Shown in pieces: positions 8,523-18,546 of a stretch of 32,000 nucleotides of DNA (its first letter is position 1; the number at the start of each line of letters is the position of its first letter). The notes beneath the pieces were generated by a model. That model was not told the origin of the DNA. It searched no databases and saw nothing but the letters and a program-made list of their open reading frames with translations. This DNA comes from Raphidiopsis brookii D9 (lineage in GTDB: Bacteria; Cyanobacteriota; Cyanobacteriia; Cyanobacteriales; Nostocaceae), in assembly GCA_000175855.1 (NCBI GenBank), contig ACYB01000042.1, forward strand, positions 240,001-272,000. Direction: 5' to 3'. Both the position numbers and the translations under genes were made by a program.

Positions 8523-10292
8523 CTATGAGGCCACAGCGGTAGAACGCGGCCTTCTTCTTCTACCATCAGAACCTTTAACTTCGGTTTCGGGTAATTGTTC
8601 GGGAACTTGTAGTAACAATGTTACAGAAGCCTGACATTGTAATTCCCTCCGCAGTGACCGACCTAACTCTTTCTCTAGGGTGTCTTGCAGTCCACCCCAG
8701 TCCACATCACTACTACCTGGGGTGCAAAAATCAGACCAACGAACACTCAGAATCTCTTCAATCCGCTGCTGTACCCACTTCAATAGTAGCGATCGCTCGA
8801 TGCTGGTGACTACACCTCGGAGGTAGATTTCTGGTTTAGCCAGCAGTTTACCATTCCAATCAATGGCTGCTGCTACTGTTGCTAGTCCTTCTGCTGCCAT
8901 AGTTTGTCTTTCTTGTAGGACTTTGGCGCTTACCATTCCTGAACTAGTGGTATCTACCAGCTCGATACCGGAGGGGACTTGAGCAGCAATGCGGATGGAG
9001 TTTTCTGCTAATTCTATCACATCTCCATTGCGGATGATTACCATATTTTCTGGGGAAATTCCCATACTTTGGGCGGTTTCCGAGTGCTTAACCAGCATCC
9101 GGTGTTCCCCATGGACAGGTACAAAAAATTTAGGACGGGTTAGAGCTATCATCAGTTTTTGATCTTCCTGACAACCATGACCGGAAACGTGTACTCCTTT
9201 CTCTCTACCGTAGACTACTTTGGCTCCCTGGATCATTAGTTTGTCAATGGTGTTGACCACGGCAATGGTGTTACCAGGAATGGGGTTGGCAGAGAAAACT
9301 ACTGTGTCTCCCTCTCGAATTTTGATGTGGGGGTGTTCTTTATTGGCAATACGGGTCATGGCGGCCATGGTTTCCCCTTGGGAACCAGTGGTCAGAATCA
9401 CTACGTTCTCATCTGGTAAGTTGCGAATGGTATGTAAGGGCTGAAATAGATTGTCTTCACACTTGATGTAACCCAGATTACGGGCATGGGCAATGAAGTT
9501 CAACATTGAACGTCCTATAACTGTTACCACCCGATTATGTTCCTTGGCCAGCTGCAGTACTATGTTGATCCTATGAACGCTGGAAGCAAATGTGGTGACA
9601 AATAGCCTTCCCCTCGCTTGAGAAAATACTCGATCCAGATTGGGATAAACCGCACGCTCTGAAGGAGTAAAACCTGGCACCTCCGCATTGGTTGAGTCGC
9701 TCAGGAGACACAATACTCCCTTTTCTCCATGTTCTGCTAGACGCTGTAAATCAAAGGTTTCTCCGTCTATGGGCGTGTGGTCAATTTTGAAATCCCCTGT
9801 GTGAATTACCACCCCTATTGGAGTATGAATAGCAACGGTAAAACTGTCCGCTATGGAATGGGTATTGCGAATATATTCCACAAAAAAGGACTTGCCAATG
9901 CGTACCACGTCACGAGGCATTACCTTTCTTAATTGGGTGCGATCGCTCACTCCTGCTTCTTCTAGTTTTCCTTCCAGTACAGCTAGTGCTAATCTGGGAC
10001 CGTAAATAACCGGGATATCAAACTGTTTCAGGTGAAATGCTATGCCACCTATGTGGTCTTCGTGACCATGGGTAACAATCATTCCCCGAATCTTATGCTT
10101 ATTTTCCCTCAAGTATGTGGTGTCGGGTAATACTATATTCACACCGTGCATAGCTTCTGTAGGGAAAGCCAGTCCAGCATCCAGGAGAATAATTTCATCC
10201 TCGTACTCGAAAACACATGTGTTTTTCCCTATTTCGTGCAGTCCCCCCAAGGGAATAATTTTGAGGGCAGAATTAACTTCGTTTCTAGCCAT
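8523..10292 (-). CDS. rnj: Ribonuclease J (metallo-beta-lactamase / beta-CASP RNase)
   Basis: 589 aa. Has the THGHEDHIGG zinc motif, beta-CASP segments and SGHG...EHRML. AGGAG lies 5 nt upstream of the ATG at 10292. It follows asd-dapA as in other cyanobacteria. Confidence 0.9.
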   Translation of the reverse strand: MARNEVNSALKIIPLGGLHEIGKNTCVFEYEDEIILLDAGLAFPTEAMHGVNIVLPDTTYLRENKHKIRGMIVTHGHEDHIGGIAFHLKQFDIPVIYGPRLALAVLEGKLEEAGVSDRTQLRKVMPRDVVRIGKSFFVEYIRNTHSIADSFTVAIHTPIGVVIHTGDFKIDHTPIDGETFDLQRLAEHGEKGVLCLLSDSTNAEVPGFTPSERAVYPNLDRVFSQARGRLFVTTFASSVHRINIVLQLAKEHNRVVTVIGRSMLNFIAHARNLGYIKCEDNLFQPLHTIRNLPDENVVILTTGSQGETMAAMTRIANKEHPHIKIREGDTVVFSANPIPGNTIAVVNTIDKLMIQGAKVVYGREKGVHVSGHGCQEDQKLMIALTRPKFFVPVHGEHRMLVKHSETAQSMGISPENMVIIRNGDVIELAENSIRIAAQVPSGIELVDTTSSGMVSAKVLQERQTMAAEGLATVAAAIDWNGKLLAKPEIYLRGVVTSIERSLLLKWVQQRIEEILSVRWSDFCTPGSSDVDWGGLQDTLEKELGRSLRRELQCQASVTLLLQVPEQLPETEVKGSDGRRRRPRSTAVAS

Positions 10293-10576
10293 TGTCTCCT
10301 AGATATTGTGTCAGTGATCCGTCAGTTGAAAGTTAGATTTATCGTATAAAATAGAACGCTTGTATATCATCTCCCCCAATATGGTCAACCACCAAACCCT
10401 GGGGTAAAGATACTCCTGTGTATTTTGTCAAGGCACTTTGTTTATATACATTTTCACATTCTTGTTAAAGTTTTAACACTTGTTATTTAGAGATGAAACT
10501 TCTTCAATGCTACCTGTAGGTAATCTTTATCATTCTGCTTATAAAAGTACCAATGAAGATATTTTAAAATGGTGAT

Positions 10577-11461
10577 TCAGACCAATTTCATTTCGCACAA
10601 CACCGTTTTTAATTTCTGACATACTTCCATATCAGCTTCTAATAGTGGCAGACGCAGGGAGCCTACATCCCAACCGATTATTTTTAGTGCCTGTTTAACG
10701 GGAATGGGGTTGGCAGTTAAAAACAAAGCCTTAAACAGGGGAAAGAGTTGTAGATGAATCTCGGTAGCAGTTTTAACCTGGCCAAGACTAAAAGACTCAA
10801 TCATTTGTTTAATTTGATTACCTACTAAATGGGAAGCCACGCTAACCACTCCTTTGGCCCCAATTGCCAGTAGGGGTAAAGTCAGGGAATCATCTCCAGA
10901 GTAAATCTGAAACTCCCGTGGTGTCAAGCGGCGAATTTCGCTGGTTTGATCCAAATTACCACTAGCTTCTTTAATTCCCACAATGTTATCAATTTCTGCC
11001 AGTCGCATAACTGTTTCTGGAATTAAATTTTGACCTGTTCTGCTAGGGACATTATATAACAGGACTGGCATATCCGGACAGGATTTGGCGATCGCCTGAA
11101 AATGGTTATATAGTCCTGACTGGGGAGGTTTATTGTAGTAGGGTACCACTTGTAAAGAACCATGTAGACCCAATTTAGCTGCTTTTTGGGTAGCTGCGAT
11201 CGCCTCTGTAGTGGAATTAGAACCACAACCTGCAATTACCTGAGCTTTTCCCGACACAGCTTGTAGTACCTCAACAAACAGCTGGTATTCTTCATCCCAG
11301 CTGAGGGTAGGGGACTCGCCAGTTGTACCACATACTAACACAGTATCTGTGCCATTATCAACCAGATGGGAGGCCAATTTTCCTGCCATGTCGTAGTTAA
11401 CGTTCCCCTCCGGTGTAAACGGCGTAATCATTGCCGTTATGACTGTGCCAAAATCTCCCAC
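10577..11461 (-). CDS. dapA: 4-hydroxy-tetrahydrodipicolinate synthase
   Basis: 294 aa. Has [22 protein letters not shown] and YYNKP motifs. GTG start. Confidence 0.93.
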   Translation of the reverse strand: MGDFGTVITAMITPFTPEGNVNYDMAGKLASHLVDNGTDTVLVCGTTGESPTLSWDEEYQLFVEVLQAVSGKAQVIAGCGSNSTTEAIAATQKAAKLGLHGSLQVVPYYNKPPQSGLYNHFQAIAKSCPDMPVLLYNVPSRTGQNLIPETVMRLAEIDNIVGIKEASGNLDQTSEIRRLTPREFQIYSGDDSLTLPLLAIGAKGVVSVASHLVGNQIKQMIESFSLGQVKTATEIHLQLFPLFKALFLTANPIPVKQALKIIGWDVGSLRLPLLEADMEVCQKLKTVLCEMKLV

Positions 11462-11535
11462 CCGTTTTTCACTCCTTACAATAAATTATCAAAGATGACT
11501 GACAATCGAGGATTACAAATTGATCATACCGTAGT

Positions 11536-12555
11536 TTAGCCCAGAAGATTTTGTTCGACTAATAATTCAGCGATTTGTACAGCATTTAAAGCTGCTCCCT
11601 TGCGAATCTGATCACCACATAGCCACAGTTCCAGTCCACAGGGGTGGGAAATGTCCTGTCTAATTCTACCCACCAAAACCTCATCCTTACCACTAGCTTC
11701 CATGGGCATGGGGAAATAATTTTTGTGCCAATCTTCCAGCAATTGAACACCGGGGGAACGGCTTAAAATTTCCCTAGCAGTATGTGGAGCAAAAGGGGTG
11801 TCAAACTCCAGATTAATAGCTTCCGAATGGGCTCGCAGTACGGGAACCCGCACACAAGTGGCAGTAATTCTAATATCTTGATTCCCGAATATTTTCCGGG
11901 TTTCGTTGACCATTTTTAATTCCTCCTCACAATATCCCATACTAGTCATGGGAGAGTTATGGGGGAATAAATTGAAGGCCAGAGGATAGGGAAGAACCTC
12001 GGACACGGGTTGTTTACCTTCCAATATTAACTGGGATTGGACTTTCACCTCTTCCATGGCTTTAGCTCCAGCACCACTGGCTGATTGATAGGTAGCAGCT
12101 ACAATTCGTTTAACCGGTTTGACCTGATGTAACGGCCAAACAGCCAATGCCATTAGTATTGTTGTACAGTTAGGATTAGCAATAATCCCTTTATGATTCG
12201 CCGATTCTTGAGGGTTGACCTCTGGGACAATCAAAGGCACATCCGGGTGCATGCGGAAAGTGCTAGAATTATCTATAACTACCGCTCCCCTCTCCACGGC
12301 CTTTGGGGCCCAAATTTTGGAGGTTCCACCTCCAGCACTAGCCAAAACAATATCAATCTGGTCAAAGGATCGGTCATTAACTGACTCTGTTACCAGATTT
12401 TCTCCCTGAAATTGGATAACCTTGCCAGCACTGCGTTCTGATGCCAATAATTTTAAATTACCGACCGGGAATTTACGACTTTCTAGTAGTTCCAGTAGTT
12501 CTGTACCAACAGCACCGGTAGCACCCAAAATAGCTATAGAATAGGATTTAGACAA
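11536..12555 (-). CDS. asd: Aspartate-semialdehyde dehydrogenase
   Basis: 339 aa. Has the Rossmann motif ILGATGAVG, the active-site region IANPNCTT and SGAG. TTG start is preceded by AAGGAG. Confidence 0.93.
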   Translation of the reverse strand: MSKSYSIAILGATGAVGTELLELLESRKFPVGNLKLLASERSAGKVIQFQGENLVTESVNDRSFDQIDIVLASAGGGTSKIWAPKAVERGAVVIDNSSTFRMHPDVPLIVPEVNPQESANHKGIIANPNCTTILMALAVWPLHQVKPVKRIVAATYQSASGAGAKAMEEVKVQSQLILEGKQPVSEVLPYPLAFNLFPHNSPMTSMGYCEEELKMVNETRKIFGNQDIRITATCVRVPVLRAHSEAINLEFDTPFAPHTAREILSRSPGVQLLEDWHKNYFPMPMEASGKDEVLVGRIRQDISHPCGLELWLCGDQIRKGAALNAVQIAELLVEQNLLG

Positions 12556-12850
12556 ATGGGACTCCTTAAACTAATCCCCTCCATTGTAGCAGAAAATCAC
12601 CATGAGTAGAATGGATATGAGGTTGGCTAAAAACAACTTTTAGATAAAATAGGGAATGGACAATGGGGGTAGCAAGCTGGTTTAAGTTTCCACCACACAC
12701 TATACCATTCCCCAAACTGCACAAAACTGATTTATAATTTCTAACGGTTGCTGTTGATTATCAGCGATTATCACAACATCTGTACCCTAGCAAGTTAGTT
12801 AAATCAGATTACTACAGCTATCAAGATAAAAATACCACAAGAGACTAAGC

Positions 12851-14200
12851 ATGAAAATTACCCAGGAAAAACTAGAAAAAAGCCAAATTGGACTAGAAAT
12901 AGAAATTACACAGGAATCCACCAGAGAAAAGTACGAGCAAGTAATTAAAGACCTAATGCGTAATGTAAACATTCCTGGGTTTCGTAAAGGCAAAGTAAGC
13001 CGACAGATATTATTGCAACGTATTGGTGCAAATCGTGTTAAAGCATCTGTATTAGAAGAATTAATTCCAGAAGCTATTGAACAAGCAGTTAAACAAGAGA
13101 ATATAAAAGCCATTGGTCAGCCAAAACTGGTTTCATCTTTCGATGATCTTATTGGTAAATATAAGCCAGGAGAAACCTTGACATTTTCCGCTGCAGTGGA
13201 TGTGGAACCTGAAGTAAAAATTAAACAATACACAGGAATGCAAATTAAAGCGGAGGAAGTCAAGTATGATTCCAGCCAAGTAGATCGGGCCATTGAGGAA
13301 GAACGGGAGAAAATAGCGACCTTAGTCCCAGTAGAGGGAAGGGCGGCCCAACTAGGAGATGTAGCGCTAGTGGATTTTCATGGAGTACTGACAGAAGACC
13401 CAAAACCGATTCCTGGCGCTGAGGGAGAAGATTTTTCAGTAGATTTAAATGAGGATCGGTTTATTCCTGGATTTGTCACTGGTATAGTAGGCATGATTCC
13501 GGGAGAAACTAGGGAAATTCCAGCCCAGTTTCCCCATAATTACCCTGATGAGGAACTGTCCAATAAAGCAGCATTGTTTACAGTAACACTCAAGGAAATT
13601 AAGGAAAAAGAACTACCGGAACTAGACGACAATTTTGCCGAAGAGGTCAGTGATTTCAAAACTTTAGCAGAATTAAGAGCATCCTTAGAAAAACAATTTC
13701 AACAGAAGGTGGAAGAAAAAAATACTGAAAATAAGCACAACGCCTTGTTGCAAGAGTTGTTGCAGCATGTAGAAATTGATTTGCCAGAAACCATGATTGA
13801 ACAGCAGGTAGATCACAAATTGGAGAAAACTGCTTTCAATCTGGCACAGCAGGGTTTGGACGTGAAAAGACTGTTCACTAGGGAAACCGTTGTTCAATTA
13901 CGAGAAAATATACGACCCTCTGCAATTGAGGATCTTAAACGCGACTTAGCCATAAGAGAAATCGCTAAACAGGAATCAATCACAGTAGATAAGGAAGAAG
14001 TTCAGAAAAAAGCCGCCGAGGTGTTACAACAATACTCTAATGAAGACATAGATGTAAAGAATTTAAATTTAGTATTAGAGATAGAGTTAGAAAGAGAGAA
14101 AGTTCTGGAGTGGCTAATTACCAACTCATCCATAGAACTAGTACCAGAAGGTTCCTTGAGTGGTGGAGACCAGGAACCAGAAACCGCCACTCCTGAGTAA
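12851..14200 (+). CDS. tig: Trigger factor
   Basis: 449 aa. The N-terminus has the ribosome-binding signature GFRKGK and a central FKBP-like segment. It sits upstream of clpP-clpX. Confidence 0.9.
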   Translation: MKITQEKLEKSQIGLEIEITQESTREKYEQVIKDLMRNVNIPGFRKGKVSRQILLQRIGANRVKASVLEELIPEAIEQAVKQENIKAIGQPKLVSSFDDLIGKYKPGETLTFSAAVDVEPEVKIKQYTGMQIKAEEVKYDSSQVDRAIEEEREKIATLVPVEGRAAQLGDVALVDFHGVLTEDPKPIPGAEGEDFSVDLNEDRFIPGFVTGIVGMIPGETREIPAQFPHNYPDEELSNKAALFTVTLKEIKEKELPELDDNFAEEVSDFKTLAELRASLEKQFQQKVEEKNTENKHNALLQELLQHVEIDLPETMIEQQVDHKLEKTAFNLAQQGLDVKRLFTRETVVQLRENIRPSAIEDLKRDLAIREIAKQESITVDKEEVQKKAAEVLQQYSNEDIDVKNLNLVLEIELEREKVLEWLITNSSIELVPEGSLSGGDQEPETATPE

Positions 14201-14205
14201 GAAGA

Positions 14206-14249
14206 ATGGGAAGACACATAGACACTAGTAGTTTGCAAAGTCTTCCCAT
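14206..14249 (+). terminator. Perfect 10-bp inverted repeat just after the tig stop (terminator or attenuator candidate)
   Basis: ATGGGAAGAC (14206-14215) pairs with GTCTTCCCAT (14240-14249) across a 24-nt loop. A T-rich tract (AATTTTTCC) follows about 15 nt downstream. Confidence 0.45.
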
Positions 14250-14419
14250 GAATAAATACCTAATTTTTCCAAAGAAACCACAAGAAAAGTAAATATAAGG
14301 CATAATGGTTAGCACGAACCCTAAAAACCGTGATATTTAAAAACCATATCCTCGCCTTCATCTCCCATGGAGTTACATCCTGTCCAAATTAGTCTAACTG
14401 AAGTTTTAAATATTTTTGT

Positions 14420-15130
14420 ATGCTTATATCACAGTCGGAAAATGCCCCAATTACCAGTCTGACCACCATGAATATCCAATGTGGTTATAATGGAATAAAT
14501 CCTAGCCCTAGCAGTATTGTCCCCATGGTGGTGGAACAATCTGGTATGGGGGAGAGAGCATTTGATATATACTCGCGATTGTTGCGGGAGCGGATTATTT
14601 TTTTAGGAACGGCCATAGATGACAATGTAGCCAACTCCATAGTTGCCCAATTGTTGTTTCTGGATGCGGAAGACCCAGAAAAGGACGTTCAACTGTACAT
14701 CAACTCCCCTGGGGGGTCTGTTTATGCAGGAATGGCAATCTATGATACTATCCAACAAATACGTCCTGATGTAGTAACTATTTGTTTTGGACTAGCAGCT
14801 AGTATGGGAGCATTTTTGTTAACTGCAGGGACTGCGGGCAAGCGCATGTCATTACCAGATTCACGGATCATGATTCATCAACCACTGGGCGGTGCTCAAG
14901 GACAAGCAATTGATATTGAAATCCAAGCGCGCGAGATTCTTTACATTAAAGCTAATTTAAATCAACTAATGTCAAAACATACTGGGCAACCTTTAGAAAG
15001 AATTGAAGCTGATACCGAGCGTGACTTTTTTATGTCACCACAGGAAGCTAAAGATTATGGCTTAATTGACCAGGTTATTTCCAGGCAAAATCTCCCCTCA
15101 TCTGGGGCACCAGTCACCATAGTTAAATAA
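14420..15130 (+). CDS. clpP: ATP-dependent Clp protease proteolytic subunit
   Basis: Has [19 protein letters not shown] and the catalytic Ser context ([11 protein letters not shown]) and His (IMIHQPLGG). The N-terminal extension is plausible for cyanobacterial ClpP2, but the exact start is uncertain. Confidence 0.9.
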   Translation: MLISQSENAPITSLTTMNIQCGYNGINPSPSSIVPMVVEQSGMGERAFDIYSRLLRERIIFLGTAIDDNVANSIVAQLLFLDAEDPEKDVQLYINSPGGSVYAGMAIYDTIQQIRPDVVTICFGLAASMGAFLLTAGTAGKRMSLPDSRIMIHQPLGGAQGQAIDIEIQAREILYIKANLNQLMSKHTGQPLERIEADTERDFFMSPQEAKDYGLIDQVISRQNLPSSGAPVTIVK

Positions 15131-15140
15131 GAGGCTTGAT

Positions 15141-16465
15141 ATGTCTAAATACGATTCACACTTAAAATGTTCGTTTTGCGGCAAGTCTCAGGAGCAAGTG
15201 CGGAAATTAATTGCAGGTCCGGGAGTATACATCTGTGACGAATGTGTTGAGCTGTGCAACGAAATTTTGGACGAAGAACTGTTAGATGCTGCTAATAACC
15301 CGGCAAATTCTTCCCCACCCAAACCAGAACAAACTCCAAAACGTCGTACTAATTCTGCTAATCTCTCCCTGAATCAAATTCCTAAACCCAGGGAAATTAA
15401 AAATTACTTAGATGATCACGTTATTGGGCAAGACGAGGCAAAGAAGGTTCTTTCTGTTGCTGTTTACAATCACTACAAACGGTTAGCAGTAGCTCAAGGT
15501 AAAGCAGAGGATAGTGTGGAGTTACAAAAATCCAACATTCTCTTAATTGGTCCTACTGGTTGTGGTAAAACCCTGTTAGCTCAAACCTTAGCCAAAATCC
15601 TGGATGTTCCCTTTGCTGTAGCGGATGCCACAACCTTAACAGAAGCAGGATATGTGGGAGAGGATGTAGAGAATATTCTCCTGAGACTATTACAAGTTGC
15701 CAACTTGGATGTGGAAGAAGCACAAAGAGGGATAATCTACATTGACGAAATAGATAAAATTGCTCGTAAGAGTGAAAACACTTCCATTACTAGGGATGTA
15801 TCTGGTGAAGGTGTACAACAGGCCCTTTTAAAAATGTTAGAAGGTACTGTTGCCAATGTACCACCCCAGGGGGACGTAAACATCCCTATCAGGACTGCAT
15901 TCAGATTGACACTAGCAACATCCTGTTTATTTGCGGCGGAGCTTTTGTCGGTTTAGAAAAAGTAGTAGACCACAGAGTTGGCAAAAAGTCAATGGGCTTT
16001 GTGCAGTCTGGGGAAGGGCAATCTAAAGAAAAACGCGTAGCAACTACCCTCAAACAATTAGAACCCGATGATTTAGTTAAATTCGGCATGATTCCAGAAT
16101 TTATCGGACGCATGCCCATGGTAGCAGTGGTTGAACCCTTGGATGAGGATGCTCTCATGGCCATTCTCACCCAGCCCCGTAGTGCTTTAGTCAAGCAATA
16201 TCAAAAACTGCTTAAAATGGATAATGTAAACCTGGAGTTTAAAGAAGAAGCATTAAGTGCGATCGCCCAAGAGGCATACAGGAGAAAAACAGGAGCCAGG
16301 GCGCTACGAGGGATTGTAGAGGAACTAATGTTAGACGTAATGTATGAGTTGCCATCTCGTAAAGATGTAACCACCTGCACAGTGACAAGAGAGATGGTAG
16401 AGAAGCGTTCTACAGCTGAATTGTTAGTTCATCCTTCTTCCCTACCTAAGCCAGAATCTGCCTAG
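15141..16465 (+). pseudogene. clpX: ATP-dependent Clp protease ATP-binding subunit ClpX, frame broken by an apparent 1-nt deficit in the G5 run 15869-15873
   Basis: Has the zinc ribbon CSFCGK...CDEC, Walker A GPTGCGKT and Walker [10 protein letters not shown]. After PPQG the -1 frame reads [32 protein letters not shown]...KSMGF, joining the second ORF (15992-16465). Confidence 0.9.
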
Positions 16466-16486
16466 ACTAGATAGATAAAAGAGTTT

Positions 16487-16511
16487 GGGGATGAGATATA
16501 GCGTGTCCCCC
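16487..16511 (+). terminator. Weak hairpin plus T-rich tract after clpX
   Basis: GGGGA (16487-16491) pairs with TCCCC (16506-16510), followed by CTATTCTTTATT. Confidence 0.35.
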
Positions 16512-16594
16512 TATTCTTTATTAATCCTGTGGTAAGTGTTCTGGAAAACCTATATAAAAAAGCTATATATTATATAGATTATAACTAGCGGTTT

Positions 16595-17446
16595 ATGGCT
16601 TATATAGAAGTTCGCGGTGTGAATCACTACTATGAGTGGATAAGAAAACCATCGGAAATAGCAAAACCGGTGATAGTGTTTTTGCATGGTTGGGCAGGTT
16701 CTTGTAGATATTGGCGCAGTACAGCCGAAGTATTATCGGAGAGATTTGATTGTTTGTTGTATGATTTAAGAGGTTTTGGTAGTTCCGAGTGTCAGCCTAA
16801 GAATAATCAAGAACCTATTAAATTAAGTTATGAACTAACAGAATACGCGGAGGATTTAGCAGCTTTATTAAACCAATTGAACCTAGAGCGAGTGTATATT
16901 AATGCTCATTCCATGGGAGCTTCAATTGCCACCTTATTTTTCAATCGTTATCCCCAAAGGGTGGTGAAAGGGATTTTGACTTGTAGTGGAATTTTTGAAT
17001 ATGACGAAAAAGCCTTTGCTGCATTTTATCAATTTGGTGGATATGTAGTTAAATTTCGCCCTCAATGGTTAACCAAAATACCCTTAGCTGACAGAATGTT
17101 CATGGCGAGATTTTTGCATCGTCCAATTCCTGATAGTGAAAGAATAGCCTTTTTAGAAGATTTTGTAGCTGCGAATTACGATGCAGCTCTAGGGACAATT
17201 TTCACATCTGTAAGCAAAGAACAAGCAGAAACCATGCCTGATGAATTTGCCAAATTAACAGTACCCACATTATTAATTGCTGGAGAGCATGATATCATCA
17301 TTCCTGCTGATCTCGGGAAAAAAGCAGCCAATTTGAATGATAAAATTCAGTTAGAAATAATCCCTGATACTGCTCATTTTCCTATGTTAGAGGATCCAGA
17401 GACTTATTTAGATAAAGTACAAGGTTTTCTAGTCGCTAATATTTAG
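16595..17446 (+). CDS. Alpha/beta-fold hydrolase
   Basis: 283 aa. Has the oxyanion region VFLHGWAGS, the nucleophile elbow AHSMGAS and a C-terminal His context DTAHFPMLE. Confidence 0.8.
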   Translation: MAYIEVRGVNHYYEWIRKPSEIAKPVIVFLHGWAGSCRYWRSTAEVLSERFDCLLYDLRGFGSSECQPKNNQEPIKLSYELTEYAEDLAALLNQLNLERVYINAHSMGASIATLFFNRYPQRVVKGILTCSGIFEYDEKAFAAFYQFGGYVVKFRPQWLTKIPLADRMFMARFLHRPIPDSERIAFLEDFVAANYDAALGTIFTSVSKEQAETMPDEFAKLTVPTLLIAGEHDIIIPADLGKKAANLNDKIQLEIIPDTAHFPMLEDPETYLDKVQGFLVANI

Positions 17447-17457
17447 GGAAGTAAAGT

Positions 17458-17925
17458 ATGAATATTGGGAATTTAGAAGACTTAGGGTTAGGAGATTTAC
17501 AACAACTGCACGAAACAGATGATTACCAGTGGTTATTGACCAACATTAAACTATTGAAGAATAGGCAGTTTGACCAGCTGGATTTAGAAAATTTAATTGA
17601 GGAATTAACTGACTTGGGTAATGAGAAAAAAAATGCAGTAGAAAGTTTGCTGCAACAGATTATTAGGCACTTATTACTCTACCAGTATTGGAATGTGGAA
17701 ATTGAGAGAAATTCTGGACATTGGCAAGCGGAAATTTATAACTTTCGAGATCAGCTAAATAGTAAATTAACCAGTAACTTACGTAGCCATCTAGTTGGAG
17801 AAATGCCAAAGATTTATCAAAGAGCCTTAGGTTACGTACAACGAAAAACAAACTATCAAATTGATTTTCCTAGAGAATCTCCCTACAGTTTAGAACAGTT
17901 GCTAGATATTAATTATCTTAGTTGA
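17458..17925 (+). CDS. DUF29 family protein (copy 1)
   Basis: 155 aa. The pattern DDY..WL......L.......LD.ENLIEEL.DLG..EK.A..S.L.Q...HLL..QYW...HW...I...R..L...FP...PY.LEQLL matches the cyanobacterial DUF29 pattern as I recall it. Confidence 0.75.
   Translation: MNIGNLEDLGLGDLQQLHETDDYQWLLTNIKLLKNRQFDQLDLENLIEELTDLGNEKKNAVESLLQQIIRHLLLYQYWNVEIERNSGHWQAEIYNFRDQLNSKLTSNLRSHLVGEMPKIYQRALGYVQRKTNYQIDFPRESPYSLEQLLDINYLS
17487..17639 (+). repeat. 153-bp segment duplicated at 17991-18143 (one mismatch at 17509/18013) inside the two DUF29 genes
   Basis: By-eye base-by-base comparison of both stretches shows them identical except for C/T at 17509 vs 18013. The flanking 3' gene halves are strongly diverged. 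Confidence 0.9.
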
Positions 17926-17961
17926 CTAACCATTAGTAAATGAAAAGCTTAGAGGTAAAGT

Positions 17962-18429
17962 ATGAGTATTGGCAAGTTAAAAGACTTAAAGTTAGGAGAT
18001 TTACAACAACTGTACGAAACAGATGATTACCAGTGGTTATTGACCAACATTAAACTATTGAAGAATAGGCAGTTTGACCAGCTGGATTTAGAAAATTTAA
18101 TTGAGGAATTAACTGACTTGGGTAATGAGAAAAAAAATGCAGTTAGGAGTTTATTAGAGCAGATTATCAGACACTTATTATTGATACAATATTGGCAGGA
18201 AGAACACGAAATAAATAGTCATCATTGGCAATCAGAATTGCTGGGATTTCGTTATCAAATGCAAGATAGATTAACAACCAACTTACAATTGTTTCTAGCT
18301 CAGGAGATGGAAAATACTTATCAAAGAGCATTAAAATTTGTCCAGATCAAGACAAAATTTAAAGTACAGTTTCCCGCTGAGTGCCCTTACACCCTGGAAC
18401 AATTATTAAATATCGATTATACCGGTTGA
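17962..18429 (+). CDS. DUF29 family protein (copy 2, tandem paralogue)
   Basis: 155 aa, same family pattern. The 5' third is near-identical at nucleotide level to copy 1 (offset 504 nt). Confidence 0.75.
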   Translation: MSIGKLKDLKLGDLQQLYETDDYQWLLTNIKLLKNRQFDQLDLENLIEELTDLGNEKKNAVRSLLEQIIRHLLLIQYWQEEHEINSHHWQSELLGFRYQMQDRLTTNLQLFLAQEMENTYQRALKFVQIKTKFKVQFPAECPYTLEQLLNIDYTG

Positions 18430-18464
18430 CAAAAATAAAAACTTGTGGAATAATCATTCTGTCT

Positions 18465-18484
18465 AAATGTGGCAAAATGTGGCA
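18465..18484. repeat. Tandem 10-bp direct repeat AAATGTGGCA x2 upstream of the binding-protein gene
   Basis: AAATGTGGCA occurs at 18465-18474 and again at 18475-18484, about 60 nt upstream of the ATG at 18547. Confidence 0.85.
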
Positions 18485-18546
18485 AAGCATCAGAAATAAC
18501 AATTTAATCTTAAACTATGGGTATTGTAAGGAGTGAAAGGAAACAA

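Noticed and set aside
15141-16465. clpX frameshift as programmed recoding
   Set aside because: There is no slippery heptamer or stimulatory structure. The break is a simple G-run, and clpX is not known to use recoding. A homopolymer miscall or mutation is the simpler explanation.
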